Shown piece after piece: positions 28,288 through 37,708 of a DNA stretch of 64,000 nt. The translations under genes were made by a program, and so were the position numbers. The DNA comes from Candidatus Moraniibacteriota bacterium (lineage in GTDB: Bacteria > Patescibacteriota > Minisyncoccia > Moranbacterales > DUUL01), in the NCBI GenBank assembly GCA_041583775.1, contig JBFHFF010000004.1, forward strand, positions 2,428 to 66,427, in the 5' to 3' direction. How positions within the stretch are numbered: position 1 is the stretch's first letter; every line of letters starts with the position of its first letter. Under the pieces are notes generated by a model that had not been told where the DNA came from, did not search any database, and saw nothing but the letters and a program-made list of their open reading frames with translations.

Positions 28288-29136
28288 ATGAAAAAGAGAC
28301 CAACAGAAAACAATATCCGCCCAACAATTTTTGAACAAAAAGAAGTGCGTCGAGTGTGGCACAATGAACAATGGTTTTTTGTTATAAATGATATTGTAAG
28401 TGCGCTCACGCAAACATCAAATGTTTCTGATTATATTAAAAAAATGAGATTGCGAGATATTGAGCTTGGAAAAGGGTGGGGACAGATTGTCACCCCCCTT
28501 TCTGTGAAGACCAAGGGTGGCTTGCAGAAATTAAATTGTGGTGATTTGAAGGGAATTTTTCGTATTATTCAATCAATTCCATCTCCCAAGGCTGAACCGT
28601 TTAAACAATGGTTGGCGAGAGTGGGACAAGAAAGAATTGAGGAGATTCAAGATCCTGAAAGGGCAATTGTGCGAGCCAAAAAAATCTATGAACAAAAGGG
28701 TTACAAAGATGACTGGATTGCTAAAAGAATGCGAGGGATTAATGTGCGGAATACTTTGACGGACGAATGGAAAGAAAGAGGTGCAAGAGGTGGCTTTGAT
28801 TTTGCTATTTTGACTAACGAAATTTATCGAGGTGCATTTGAAATGGATGCCAAGCAGATTAAGGAATTTAAATCATTAGACAATCCAGATAACCCAAGAG
28901 ATCATATGTCAGAACTTGAGCTTATTTTAACAATGCTTGGAGAGGCGACGACCACAGAAATTACTACTACTAAAAATTCAAAAGGTTTATCGGAATTATC
29001 TCAAGATGCAAAAGAAGGTGGACAAGTGGCGGGTAGAACCAGGAAAGATATTGAGAAGCAAACAGGCAAAAAAATAATTTTAGAAAATAATTTTAAAAAC
29101 CAGAAACTTTTAAGAAGTAAATTTAAGAAAAAATAA
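28288..29136 (+). CDS. Bro-N / DinD-like (DNA-damage-inducible protein D family) protein
   Basis: N-terminus IRPTIFEQKEVRRVWHNEQWFFVINDIVSAL is Bro-N-like. C-terminal FDFAILTNEIYRGAFEMDAKQIKEFK...HMSELELILTMLGEATTTEI aligns with E. coli DinD DFAIFQNHGYQGLYGGL...ILDHMGSTELAANLFRATQTEE. Start chosen at MKKRPTEN. Confidence 0.55.
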   Translation: MKKRPTENNIRPTIFEQKEVRRVWHNEQWFFVINDIVSALTQTSNVSDYIKKMRLRDIELGKGWGQIVTPLSVKTKGGLQKLNCGDLKGIFRIIQSIPSPKAEPFKQWLARVGQERIEEIQDPERAIVRAKKIYEQKGYKDDWIAKRMRGINVRNTLTDEWKERGARGGFDFAILTNEIYRGAFEMDAKQIKEFKSLDNPDNPRDHMSELELILTMLGEATTTEITTTKNSKGLSELSQDAKEGGQVAGRTRKDIEKQTGKKIILENNFKNQKLLRSKFKKK

Positions 29137-29137
29137 T

Positions 29138-32100
29138 ATGAGCATATTAAACATAGATTTCGACGAAGCCAGACAATCACAACTACCCTTTGTGGAATTG
29201 CTTTTAAATTTGGGCTACAAATACATATCTCGAGAGGAGCTGCTGCAAGAACGAAAAGGAGACACAGGAAAATTTATCTTGCGAAAAACTGCCAGTGAGG
29301 TCTTGATGAAAATCAATAGCTATGAGTATGCTGGAAAGGAATATAAATTTAGCGAAGAAAAAGTTTTTGAAGCTATTGATGAATTGGAAAACATTCCCTA
29401 TGAAGGTTTAGTAGATACTTCAGCCAAAATTTATCAAACTATCATGCCAACTAGCGGAGGGAAAACCATTCAAGTTTTTCATGATGGCAAAAAAATGAGT
29501 CAAAATTTTCGTTTTATTGATTTTGAAAATGTAGAAAATAATGTTTTTCAAGTGGCGGTGGAATTCGAGGCTACAGGGAAAGAAAACATTCGTCCAGACA
29601 TCGTGGTTTTTATAAACGGCATTCCCTTGGCCATAATCGAAAATAAAAAAGCTAGCGTTGATGTCCAAGAAGCTTTGAGACAAATGATCCGTAATCAAAG
29701 AGCAGAATATTGTCCAAGACTCTTCATATATCCGCAATTATTAGTTGCTACAAACGGCAAAGATTTGCGTTATGGCACCACAGCTACCCCGACAGAATTC
29801 TATGCTAAGTGGCGAGAGAAAGATGGAGAAAAAGAATTAGAAGAAAAAGTAGAAAATCTAATTTCTACAAAAATTGAAAAGGACCTTTATAAAAAAGTTT
29901 GTCTAGACCTCAATGGAGCAACTAAAAATCATTTACAAAAAATCAATCGTGATGTAACTGAGCAAGATCGGGGTGTGGTGGCAATTTTTGATAAACATAG
30001 AATTTTAGATTTAGCAAAGAACTTTATTCTTTATGATGCAGGTATAAAAAAAGTAATGCGCTACCAGCAATATTTTGCTATTAAGAGAATTTTAGAGAGA
30101 ATAGAACATAGAGTTCCTGGCAAAGATGGAGACAAAAGAGAAGGAGGTATTTTATGGCATACTCAAGGAAGTGGAAAGTCATTAACAATGGTAATGTTTA
30201 TCAAGGCCTTGATTGAAAGTCCCGAAATTATAAATCCTCGAGTATTGATTGTGACTGATAGAAAAGATTTGGATAGGCAAATTAAAGGAACTTTTGAAAA
30301 TGCAGGATTGAAAAAAGAAGTGGTGCAGGCTAAAAGTGGAGAGGATCTTTTGAATCTTATTGAGAAAAAAGATTTAAGCGTGGTGACAACTCTTATTCAG
30401 AAATTTCAATCGGCCAGTAGAAAGAATGTTGGTTTTGAAGATTTGGATGATAATATTTTTGTATTGATTGATGAAGCCCATCGGTCACAGGGAGGAGAAG
30501 CAAACATTGAAATGAATCGTATCATTCCCAATGCTTGCTATATTGCTTTCACTGGCACGCCTCTTCTTAAGAAAGAAAAGTCGAAAAATAAATTTGGTAG
30601 TTTTATCGATAAATATACTATTGATGATGCTCTGACTGATGAGATTATTTTGCCCTTGATCTACGAAGGACGCTATGTGGATCTTCATCAAGACAAAAAA
30701 GAAGTTGATAGACAATGGGACAGAGTGACTGATGGTTTGCCAGATGCTCATAAATATCAATTGCAACAAGATATTGAAAAGAAAATTATTGCCAATAACC
30801 CAAGTCGTATTGCAGAGATTTCTTATGACATTGAAAAACATTACATAACTAGATTCAAAGATACAGGACTAAAAGCACAAATTGTAGCACCATCAAAATA
30901 TTCAGCTGTACTTTTTGAAAAATATTTCAAAGAGAGCGGAAAAGTTCAAACTGCCTTGGTAATTTCTGATGAAAATGGTCTTATCGACATGAAAGATAGC
31001 CATAAAAGAGACGTGGATGAATATTTGAAAGATATAAAAGAGAAATATCAGAGCTTAAAGAAATATGAAGAAAGTGTTATTGATAGTTTTAAATACAACG
31101 AGGACGGTGTGGAAATTTTGATCGTGGTAGACAAATTATTAACCGGTTTTGATGCTCCACGGAACACTGTTTTGTATTTAGCCAAGGAACTCAGAGATCA
31201 CAATTTATTACAAGCCATTGCTAGAGTAAATCGGCTATTTGATAATCGAAACTTGCCAAAAACCGCTGGGTATATTATTGATTATTCAGAGAATGCTCAG
31301 AATATTAGAACCGCAATGCAACTTTTTGGAAATTATGATGGGGATGATGTGGCTGGTGCGCTTATTGATGTGAGGGAAAAAATTAATGAGTTGGATGATC
31401 ACTATGGAAAACTGCACGATATATTTAGAGGAGTCAAGGATGATGATGAAGCATATTTGAAATATTTGGAAGATGAGCAGATAAGAAAAGAATTTTATGA
31501 CGGGATAAGAAAATTTTTAACTACCTTTAATGAATGTATGAATTTACGGGATTTTGTTCATGAGTTTGAAAATATTGATATTTATCGTAAAGAGTTGAAA
31601 AAATTCATGGAGCTGCGTAAAATCGCAAGCGTTCGTTACGCGGAGAGAGTTGATTTTGCAAAATACAAACAAGCGCTGACAAAAATCATGGATGAAAATA
31701 TCCGAGCAGAAGAGGTAGAGTTTTTGACGAGAGAAATTACTATTACTGATAAGGATGCTTTTGAAAAAGTTATTGAAGAGCTAGGGTCTGATAAATCAAA
31801 AGCTGATGCAATCACCGCTCAAACGAAAAAGATTATTTCAGAAAATGCAGTGAAAGATCCAGAATTTTATAATAGATTCTCTAAGCAAATCAATGATTTA
31901 ATCGAAGAGATGCGGTTAGGAAAAATTGCTGATATTGAAGCTTTGAAAGAAGCGCGTAAAATTAATGAGGAGGTTAATGATAAAAAGGACGAAACTGTTC
32001 CATTGGAGTTAAGCGACAAAGCTGGTGCAGATATAATTTTTCGAAATATTAAAAAGGAATTCGATGATTTGAATGTGACAGAGGATCAATATGTAGAAAT

Positions 32101-32317
32101 CATTTCCAATTTACACGGAGTGATTTGTGATAATGCTGTTGTGGACTGGTGGAAAAATAGTGAACATAAAAGAAGAATGAAAGAAGTTATCGATGATTAT
32201 CTTTATGATGAAGTTAAAATAAAGATGGACATTGAGCTTACTAATGAAAAGATAGAGGAAATGATTGATATCGTTATGGATTTAGTTCAAAATAATCACG
32301 AGATCTTTAGCTTATGA
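29138..32317 (+). CDS. hsdR: Type I restriction enzyme R subunit (nuclease plus SF2 helicase)
   Basis: N-terminal PD-(D/E)xK PDIVVFINGIPLAIIENKK. Helicase motif I GSGKS. Motif II VLIDEAHRSQ. 1059 aa. Confidence 0.9.
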   Translation: MSILNIDFDEARQSQLPFVELLLNLGYKYISREELLQERKGDTGKFILRKTASEVLMKINSYEYAGKEYKFSEEKVFEAIDELENIPYEGLVDTSAKIYQTIMPTSGGKTIQVFHDGKKMSQNFRFIDFENVENNVFQVAVEFEATGKENIRPDIVVFINGIPLAIIENKKASVDVQEALRQMIRNQRAEYCPRLFIYPQLLVATNGKDLRYGTTATPTEFYAKWREKDGEKELEEKVENLISTKIEKDLYKKVCLDLNGATKNHLQKINRDVTEQDRGVVAIFDKHRILDLAKNFILYDAGIKKVMRYQQYFAIKRILERIEHRVPGKDGDKREGGILWHTQGSGKSLTMVMFIKALIESPEIINPRVLIVTDRKDLDRQIKGTFENAGLKKEVVQAKSGEDLLNLIEKKDLSVVTTLIQKFQSASRKNVGFEDLDDNIFVLIDEAHRSQGGEANIEMNRIIPNACYIAFTGTPLLKKEKSKNKFGSFIDKYTIDDALTDEIILPLIYEGRYVDLHQDKKEVDRQWDRVTDGLPDAHKYQLQQDIEKKIIANNPSRIAEISYDIEKHYITRFKDTGLKAQIVAPSKYSAVLFEKYFKESGKVQTALVISDENGLIDMKDSHKRDVDEYLKDIKEKYQSLKKYEESVIDSFKYNEDGVEILIVVDKLLTGFDAPRNTVLYLAKELRDHNLLQAIARVNRLFDNRNLPKTAGYIIDYSENAQNIRTAMQLFGNYDGDDVAGALIDVREKINELDDHYGKLHDIFRGVKDDDEAYLKYLEDEQIRKEFYDGIRKFLTTFNECMNLRDFVHEFENIDIYRKELKKFMELRKIASVRYAERVDFAKYKQALTKIMDENIRAEEVEFLTREITITDKDAFEKVIEELGSDKSKADAITAQTKKIISENAVKDPEFYNRFSKQINDLIEEMRLGKIADIEALKEARKINEEVNDKKDETVPLELSDKAGADIIFRNIKKEFDDLNVTEDQYVEIISNLHGVICDNAVVDWWKNSEHKRRMKEVIDDYLYDEVKIKMDIELTNEKIEEMIDIVMDLVQNNHEIFSL

Positions 32318-33018
32318 AAAAAATAAAATTTATTTATGGAAAATATAGTTATGAATATATTTTAATTCTAGAGAAAAGAAAGTCTTTAAGTTTGGCAATA
32401 TATCCAGATATGAAAATTGTTTTAAAATCTCCCGACAACCTTAATGCAGATGCTATTGAAAAATTTCTTAAAAAAAAGTGGTTATGGATGGAAAAGCAAC
32501 TACAATTTTTTTCTCAATTTCAAGGGAAAAAAGTTAAAAAAAGTTATGTTTCAGGTGAGAGTTTTTTGTATTTAGGTCGTCAATATAAATTGATTGTGGA
32601 GAAATCTGATCAGGATTCTATGTTACTGCAAAAAGGAAGGTTAGTACTCAGTACAACAGGAGAATTAAGAGATGGTAACAAAAATAAAAAATTAATTAAG
32701 AAGTGGTATAATGATAGAATAGAAGTTATATTTAAAGAAAGATTTGAGGAAGTAAGAAGAAATTTTGACTATGATTTTGAGTTTAAGTTGACTATCAGAA
32801 AAATGAATAAACGATGGGGGAGTTATGCTAGAAATAACACTATATCATTAAATCCACTATTAATTAATGCTTCTAAAAAATGTATTGATTATGTAATAAC
32901 TCACGAATTATGCCATGCAGAAAATAAGAAGCATGACAATAAATTTTTTCAATTATTATCTCGTAAATTTCCAAATTGGCAGAAAGTAAAGGAGGAGCTA
33001 GAGTTGAGGTTTACTTAA
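32314..33018 (+). CDS. YgjP-like DUF45 (SprT/WLM-related) metallopeptidase-fold protein
   Basis: HExxH (ITHELCHAENKKH). ATGA overlap with the hsdR stop. Confidence 0.7.
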   Translation: MKKIKFIYGKYSYEYILILEKRKSLSLAIYPDMKIVLKSPDNLNADAIEKFLKKKWLWMEKQLQFFSQFQGKKVKKSYVSGESFLYLGRQYKLIVEKSDQDSMLLQKGRLVLSTTGELRDGNKNKKLIKKWYNDRIEVIFKERFEEVRRNFDYDFEFKLTIRKMNKRWGSYARNNTISLNPLLINASKKCIDYVITHELCHAENKKHDNKFFQLLSRKFPNWQKVKEELELRFT

Positions 33019-33139
33019 ATTTATGTAATTGATTACTTACATAAATTTAAAAAAATGACAGTACGCAAAAGTGACTCGAAGATTATTATTGAGGACTGGA
33101 AGAAATAGAAAAAGAAATAATGCGACATAATGCTAGCCT

Positions 33140-33186
33140 GGATTCCTGCCGATGTTCACCCCGCGAATGCCGGGGCAGGAATGACA
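33140..33186. repeat. palindromic element copy B (nested hairpin), 27 nt upstream of the DUF2779 gene
   Basis: ggattcctgcc gatgttca ccccgcgaatgccgggg caggaatgac: outer arms attcctgcc/ggcaggaat, inner ccccg/cgggg. Confidence 0.7.
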
Positions 33187-33213
33187 AAAGACTAGAAGAA
33201 ATAACAAAACAAA

Positions 33214-34683
33214 ATGCCCCATCTCTCAAAAACAGACTTTAAAGAGTATCTAATTTGCCCAAAGTGTCTTTGGTTGAAGAGGAAGAGACCCAATGACTAT
33301 GTTCAAGGGGAATTTTCTGCGTTCCTAAAAAAGCTGATAAAGGATGGATATGAAGTTGAGGAATATTTCAAACAATTCTTTCCTTTGGGGGTGACCGTTT
33401 GGAGCAGGAAGGAAAAAGCGGTGGAGGAGACAAAGGAACTGATTGAGCAGAAAAAGACAATCTTCCAAGCCACAATCGAAACGGAAGATGGAACTTTTGC
33501 GAAGATTGATGTTTTGGAATTCAACGAGAAAGAAAACAACTGGAGTCTCTATGAAGTGAAATCTGGCTCAAGCATCAAGAACGACTTGTTTCACAACCAC
33601 ATCAAAGACATTGCGTTTCAGAAGATAGCACTTGAAAAATCAGGACTTGAAATTGGGAAAAGCTTCTTGGTGCACTTGAACAAGGAGTATCGAAGAGCCG
33701 GAGAGATTGAACTTGAAAAACTCTTCATCTTCAATGAAGTTTCAGCGAAGATTGATGAAATTCAAAAAGAAACAGAGCAAGAAATCTCACAGGCACTGGA
33801 GCTTTTGAAAAAAGATGACATTGATCTTAGCGGTTGCGAGTGTCTCTATCAAAGTAGTGGGCAAAGATGTGATTGTTTCAAATTCTTCAATCCCCAGGTT
33901 CCCGCCTATTCAACGGGACATATTTTTAAAAAAAAGAAATTGCGAGCCTTGATCGAGGATGGAATCTTTGATCCAATCGATGTTCCTGATGATTTAAAAA
34001 TGACTGATGCGCAAGCAACCAAAGTTGAATTGCAAAAGAGTGGGATTCCACAAATAGACAAGGTCGCTGTTGACGCAACGCTGTCAGAATTGGTCTATCC
34101 TTTGTATTTCTTCGATTATGAAACATTTGGAAAGCCTGTGCCTCTTTTGGACGGATACAAGACCAGTCAGCAGTTGGTGTTTCAATATTCCTTGCATGTT
34201 TTGCACAAAAACGGAAAACTTGAGCATTTTGAATATCTAGCAGACAAGTTGGAAGGTGCAACAAAAGGCTTGGTGGAATCCATGAAAGCGAACATTGGTC
34301 CAGTCGGAAGCATTTTGGTTTGGTATGAATCTTTTGAGAAAAGCAGAAACTGCGAACTGATGGAACTGCACCCCGAGGCAAAGGAGTTTTTGGAGGATAT
34401 GAACGAGAGAATTTTTGATTTGATGAAGGTTTTCAAGAAAGATTATCTGCATCCAGAATTCAACGGAAGCGCCTCAATCAAAAAAGTGTTGCCTGTTTTG
34501 GTGCCAGAACTTTCATATGCAGAGCTGGATGTGCAAAATGGAACAATGGCAATCGAAGCCTGGGGCAGAACAATCTTTGAGAAAGTTGATAAAAAGGAAA
34601 TCGAAGAGATCAGAAGAAATCTCCTGAAATATTGCGAGCTGGATACATTGGCAATGGTTAAGATATTGGAAAAAATAAGTTAG
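33214..34683 (+). CDS. DUF2779-family protein: Cas4/RecB-like PD-(D/E)xK nuclease with 4-Cys cluster fused to RNase-H-like (DnaQ-like) domain
   Basis: N-terminus LSKTDFKEYLICPKCLWL. Cys cluster CECLYQSSGQRCDC. C-terminal FFDYETF and ELDTLAMVKI exonuclease-like motifs. Confidence 0.6.
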   Translation: MPHLSKTDFKEYLICPKCLWLKRKRPNDYVQGEFSAFLKKLIKDGYEVEEYFKQFFPLGVTVWSRKEKAVEETKELIEQKKTIFQATIETEDGTFAKIDVLEFNEKENNWSLYEVKSGSSIKNDLFHNHIKDIAFQKIALEKSGLEIGKSFLVHLNKEYRRAGEIELEKLFIFNEVSAKIDEIQKETEQEISQALELLKKDDIDLSGCECLYQSSGQRCDCFKFFNPQVPAYSTGHIFKKKKLRALIEDGIFDPIDVPDDLKMTDAQATKVELQKSGIPQIDKVAVDATLSELVYPLYFFDYETFGKPVPLLDGYKTSQQLVFQYSLHVLHKNGKLEHFEYLADKLEGATKGLVESMKANIGPVGSILVWYESFEKSRNCELMELHPEAKEFLEDMNERIFDLMKVFKKDYLHPEFNGSASIKKVLPVLVPELSYAELDVQNGTMAIEAWGRTIFEKVDKKEIEEIRRNLLKYCELDTLAMVKILEKIS

Positions 34684-34728
34684 AAAAAAGAAGCTTGTTA
34701 ATTTATTGTCGAAGATTAAGAATAACAA

Positions 34729-34881
34729 ATGAAAAAGAAATATATTTTTTTTATTTATACCATAAGCATCCTAACTGTTATTTTCATTGCTATTTCAATC
34801 TGGATTTTATCTACTTGGGCGATTCAATCAGGAAGACAAAACGCGGGAAGGGATGTAAAAATTCATGGCGGAATTCAATAA
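34729..34881 (+). CDS. candidate small membrane peptide (50 aa), or remnant sharing the N-terminus with the thermonuclease at 42597
   Basis: MKKKYIFFIYTISILTVIFIAISIWILS vs MKKQYIFFTALTSLLLGIFVSVTIWIFA. Not in the ORF track. Confidence 0.3.
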   Translation: MKKKYIFFIYTISILTVIFIAISIWILSTWAIQSGRQNAGRDVKIHGGIQ

Positions 34882-35079
34882 GCTAACATTTCACTTTCCA
34901 TCTAATCTAAATCAAAAATATAATGTATTTCAAAAATAAATCTTCAAACAATTATAGAATTAGCTTGAGTTTCCCCGGTTTAATCTCTAGATAAAGGTAA
35001 AAGACATTGAGTCATATTCTGATTTCTAGCGGTCTTGGTGTGCTTGTGATAAGATATTAAGAAATAAAAAATATAACCC

Positions 35080-36228
35080 TTGAAAACTATGTTTGATCTT
35101 ATGCTTATTTTTTCAATTGTCTTTGTCTTGGCTTTGACAATTTTCGTTTTGAAGATGTTTTCATCTGAGAGTGCAGTGAAAATGAAGAGGGTCGCACTCT
35201 GGATTGTTTCCAATCTTATATTCTTATTTCCAGCCGGGTATATCTGGTTTTTTGTTTATATAAAATATTTATCTGAAATATATGACGAGAATTACATTGC
35301 CGGGGGGATTTTAGCTGGAGTCATTCTGTCTCTATTTCAAGTAGTTATATTTGCAGTTGAACGGTATTCAAAGGGCAGTTACGAAAAGAAGGTTGGGGAT
35401 GTTTCTCTGATTTCCTTAACTCTAACTATGTTTTTGATGTTTTTGTTTTATAGGGAGGCATATTTTGATTTTCAATTGATGAGTTATGTTGAAAATGGCA
35501 TCACTTGGGTACTCTTTTGCATTATTATATATATTCTCGCAAGAATAGTGTCTAGCGAGAAAACGAAGAAAATGTTTTTATGGAACAAGATATTGATTGT
35601 TGCTGGACCAATCATGGCGTTTGTTGGGTATAGTTTGTTTTTTGTCGCTCCTACTCACAGTGAACCACACTTAGACACTAAAGAGTTTTTTATTTGTACC
35701 AATAAATTTGGCAAACATGAACAATATGGTCCATGGTTCAAAAAATCGTGGAAAGGAGTTTGCATCCAACATCGATTGTGTGCTACGAATGCAGGGAAGG
35801 TGCTTGGATGTGATTCAGAATTAGCATCATTAATTAAAAACACAGGTGATTCTTGGCAAAGAACAAACGCTGATTTTTTGGACATTGTGCCTTATTCCTA
35901 TAAAGAAGATCACTTTGTGGAGAATCCAAAGGCCTTAGAAGAAAGGCATGTCGTGAGTGATGCATATTTATTTCGCACAAACAAGGGTGGTGGTTTTTAT
36001 TATACAAAAGGAGGCGAATGGATCGTTGGTGGAATTGATGCTTCTAGCTTTCAGAGTTTAGGTGGATTCTATTTCAGGGATGAGAAGAATCTTTTCTATC
36101 AAGACAAGAAGTTGCGGGTGGGGTATAATATTTATAATATCGATGATATCGAATATTTAGGCAGTAACTGCTTGAGGTATAGAGAGATTTTTTATAAAAA
36201 AGGGAAGAAAGTTGATAGTTGTGACTAA
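35080..36228 (+). CDS. polytopic membrane protein with C-terminal DKNYY-repeat domain
   Basis: 5-6 TM helices. C-terminal YLFRTNKGGGFYYTKGGEWIVGGIDASSFQSLGGFYFRDEKNLFYQDKKL matches the DKNYY repeat pattern. Confidence 0.5.
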   Translation: MKTMFDLMLIFSIVFVLALTIFVLKMFSSESAVKMKRVALWIVSNLIFLFPAGYIWFFVYIKYLSEIYDENYIAGGILAGVILSLFQVVIFAVERYSKGSYEKKVGDVSLISLTLTMFLMFLFYREAYFDFQLMSYVENGITWVLFCIIIYILARIVSSEKTKKMFLWNKILIVAGPIMAFVGYSLFFVAPTHSEPHLDTKEFFICTNKFGKHEQYGPWFKKSWKGVCIQHRLCATNAGKVLGCDSELASLIKNTGDSWQRTNADFLDIVPYSYKEDHFVENPKALEERHVVSDAYLFRTNKGGGFYYTKGGEWIVGGIDASSFQSLGGFYFRDEKNLFYQDKKLRVGYNIYNIDDIEYLGSNCLRYREIFYKKGKKVDSCD

Positions 36229-36317
36229 GATGCTTGAATTTTGGAATTCTAGAAAGAGCAAAGCAGGGCAAGGTGAGGCTGTGTTAATAAAGAAGATAAA
36301 GAAGGGTAAGAAAAAAC

Positions 36318-37214
36318 ATGAAAAAAATACTAATTTTGTTGTTGGTAGTATTCCCGATCTCTCTTTTCAGTGGATGCCAAAAAGATGATTTGAAAGAGGT
36401 AATAGGAGAATCTTCTGTGGAAATGCAGAGTGATGAGATTGAGGGAGAGAAAGTGGCAAAAGAGGAATGGGAGCCGATAACGGAGATGGGTGGAGCAACT
36501 TTAGTGGAAACACCTACTGGCTTCACAGCTAGAGATGTGAATAAAATGAAGTCTGATACTATAGTGATGTGGGATTCTTCCACAGGCTATCTGATGGAAA
36601 GAGGTCATGGAAGAAGTCCTATGCCAAGTCCTATTTTTGAGTTTCTTTCTCTATGTGTGGAAGGAGGCGGAAACCTTGTTTCACCTACTTCAGTTTTTGG
36701 TGGAGGTTCTGTTTGTAGCGATGAAAATATCGTCTCAAGGTCTTGGCCTGATCTGATGGAGGGGATTTTTGTTTATGGTGAAGTTAGCAATGAAAAAATA
36801 GAGTTTAAAGCGGGAGGTTCTGCTTTTATCTTTTGTGATACGAAGACAAAAAAATGTGAGGAATCTCAGGGTGAGATGTCAGAGCTAGAAAAGGAAAAAA
36901 GAGGTTATGCATCAGCAGTTTTGTTCTCAGCGATGCAAGATATTTTTTATTGTCATAATAAAAAAGGAATAATTCTTCAGCCAAAGGATTCTTTGATGGG
37001 AGGAGGGAATATGTGTAGTATCGAATTGAGCTTAGGAGGGGAGAAGCTAACATGGAAACCAGTAAATGACCTTCAAGTAGGAATCGTTGACGAGAAGAAA
37101 TATTCATATGGAAAAATCAATGAAGATTTGATCTCACTTAACTATCAAGGTTCACCAACTTTTTGTTGCAAAGTCAAAAAAGGTTTTTGCGGAGGACCTG
37201 AACTCTGTGAATAA
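36318..37214 (+). CDS. lipoprotein, hypothetical
   Basis: Signal peptide plus lipobox LFSGC. Gly/Cys-rich. Confidence 0.55.
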   Translation: MKKILILLLVVFPISLFSGCQKDDLKEVIGESSVEMQSDEIEGEKVAKEEWEPITEMGGATLVETPTGFTARDVNKMKSDTIVMWDSSTGYLMERGHGRSPMPSPIFEFLSLCVEGGGNLVSPTSVFGGGSVCSDENIVSRSWPDLMEGIFVYGEVSNEKIEFKAGGSAFIFCDTKTKKCEESQGEMSELEKEKRGYASAVLFSAMQDIFYCHNKKGIILQPKDSLMGGGNMCSIELSLGGEKLTWKPVNDLQVGIVDEKKYSYGKINEDLISLNYQGSPTFCCKVKKGFCGGPELCE

Positions 37215-37234
37215 TAACAAAATAAAAAAACAAA

Positions 37235-37708
37235 ATGTCAGAAAATATTACATTTGTGAGAAATCTGGTCAAAGGAAAAATAGCTGAAACAGTTTTCGCT
37301 GAGATGCTTCGTCATTCAGGTAAATTTACTGTTTTGGAATTTGGCTATGAAAAAATAATCCCAGAGCTAACTCATGTTGGTTGCAAAAGAGAGGACAATG
37401 AGATGATTGAAACCTTGAAGACTGCACCAGACTTCGCGGTGATCAATAGAGAAACTAAAGAGGTTAAACTAATTGAGGTTAAATATAGAAGACTTTTGGA
37501 TTATTCTAAGACCTTAAAAGTTGCCAAGCGAATGCATCAGTCGTGGAATCCCTCTTATTTATTTCTGATTACTCTAGACGGATTTTATTTTGATGAAATA
37601 AATAGTATTATAGAAAATAATGGCAAAATTTCACCATTAGTACACGCTTACATACCAAAAGATGTACAAGTGAAATATTTAAAAATAATTCAGGATTTTG
37701 AACAATGA
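37235..37708 (+). CDS. PD-(D/E)xK nuclease-fold protein (YraN/UPF0102-like)
   Basis: GKIAETVFAEMLRHSGKFTVLEFGYE ... APDFAVINRETKEVKLIEVKYRR gives the G..AE..A...L...G + PD...EVK arrangement. Inference. Confidence 0.4.
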   Translation: MSENITFVRNLVKGKIAETVFAEMLRHSGKFTVLEFGYEKIIPELTHVGCKREDNEMIETLKTAPDFAVINRETKEVKLIEVKYRRLLDYSKTLKVAKRMHQSWNPSYLFLITLDGFYFDEINSIIENNGKISPLVHAYIPKDVQVKYLKIIQDFEQ

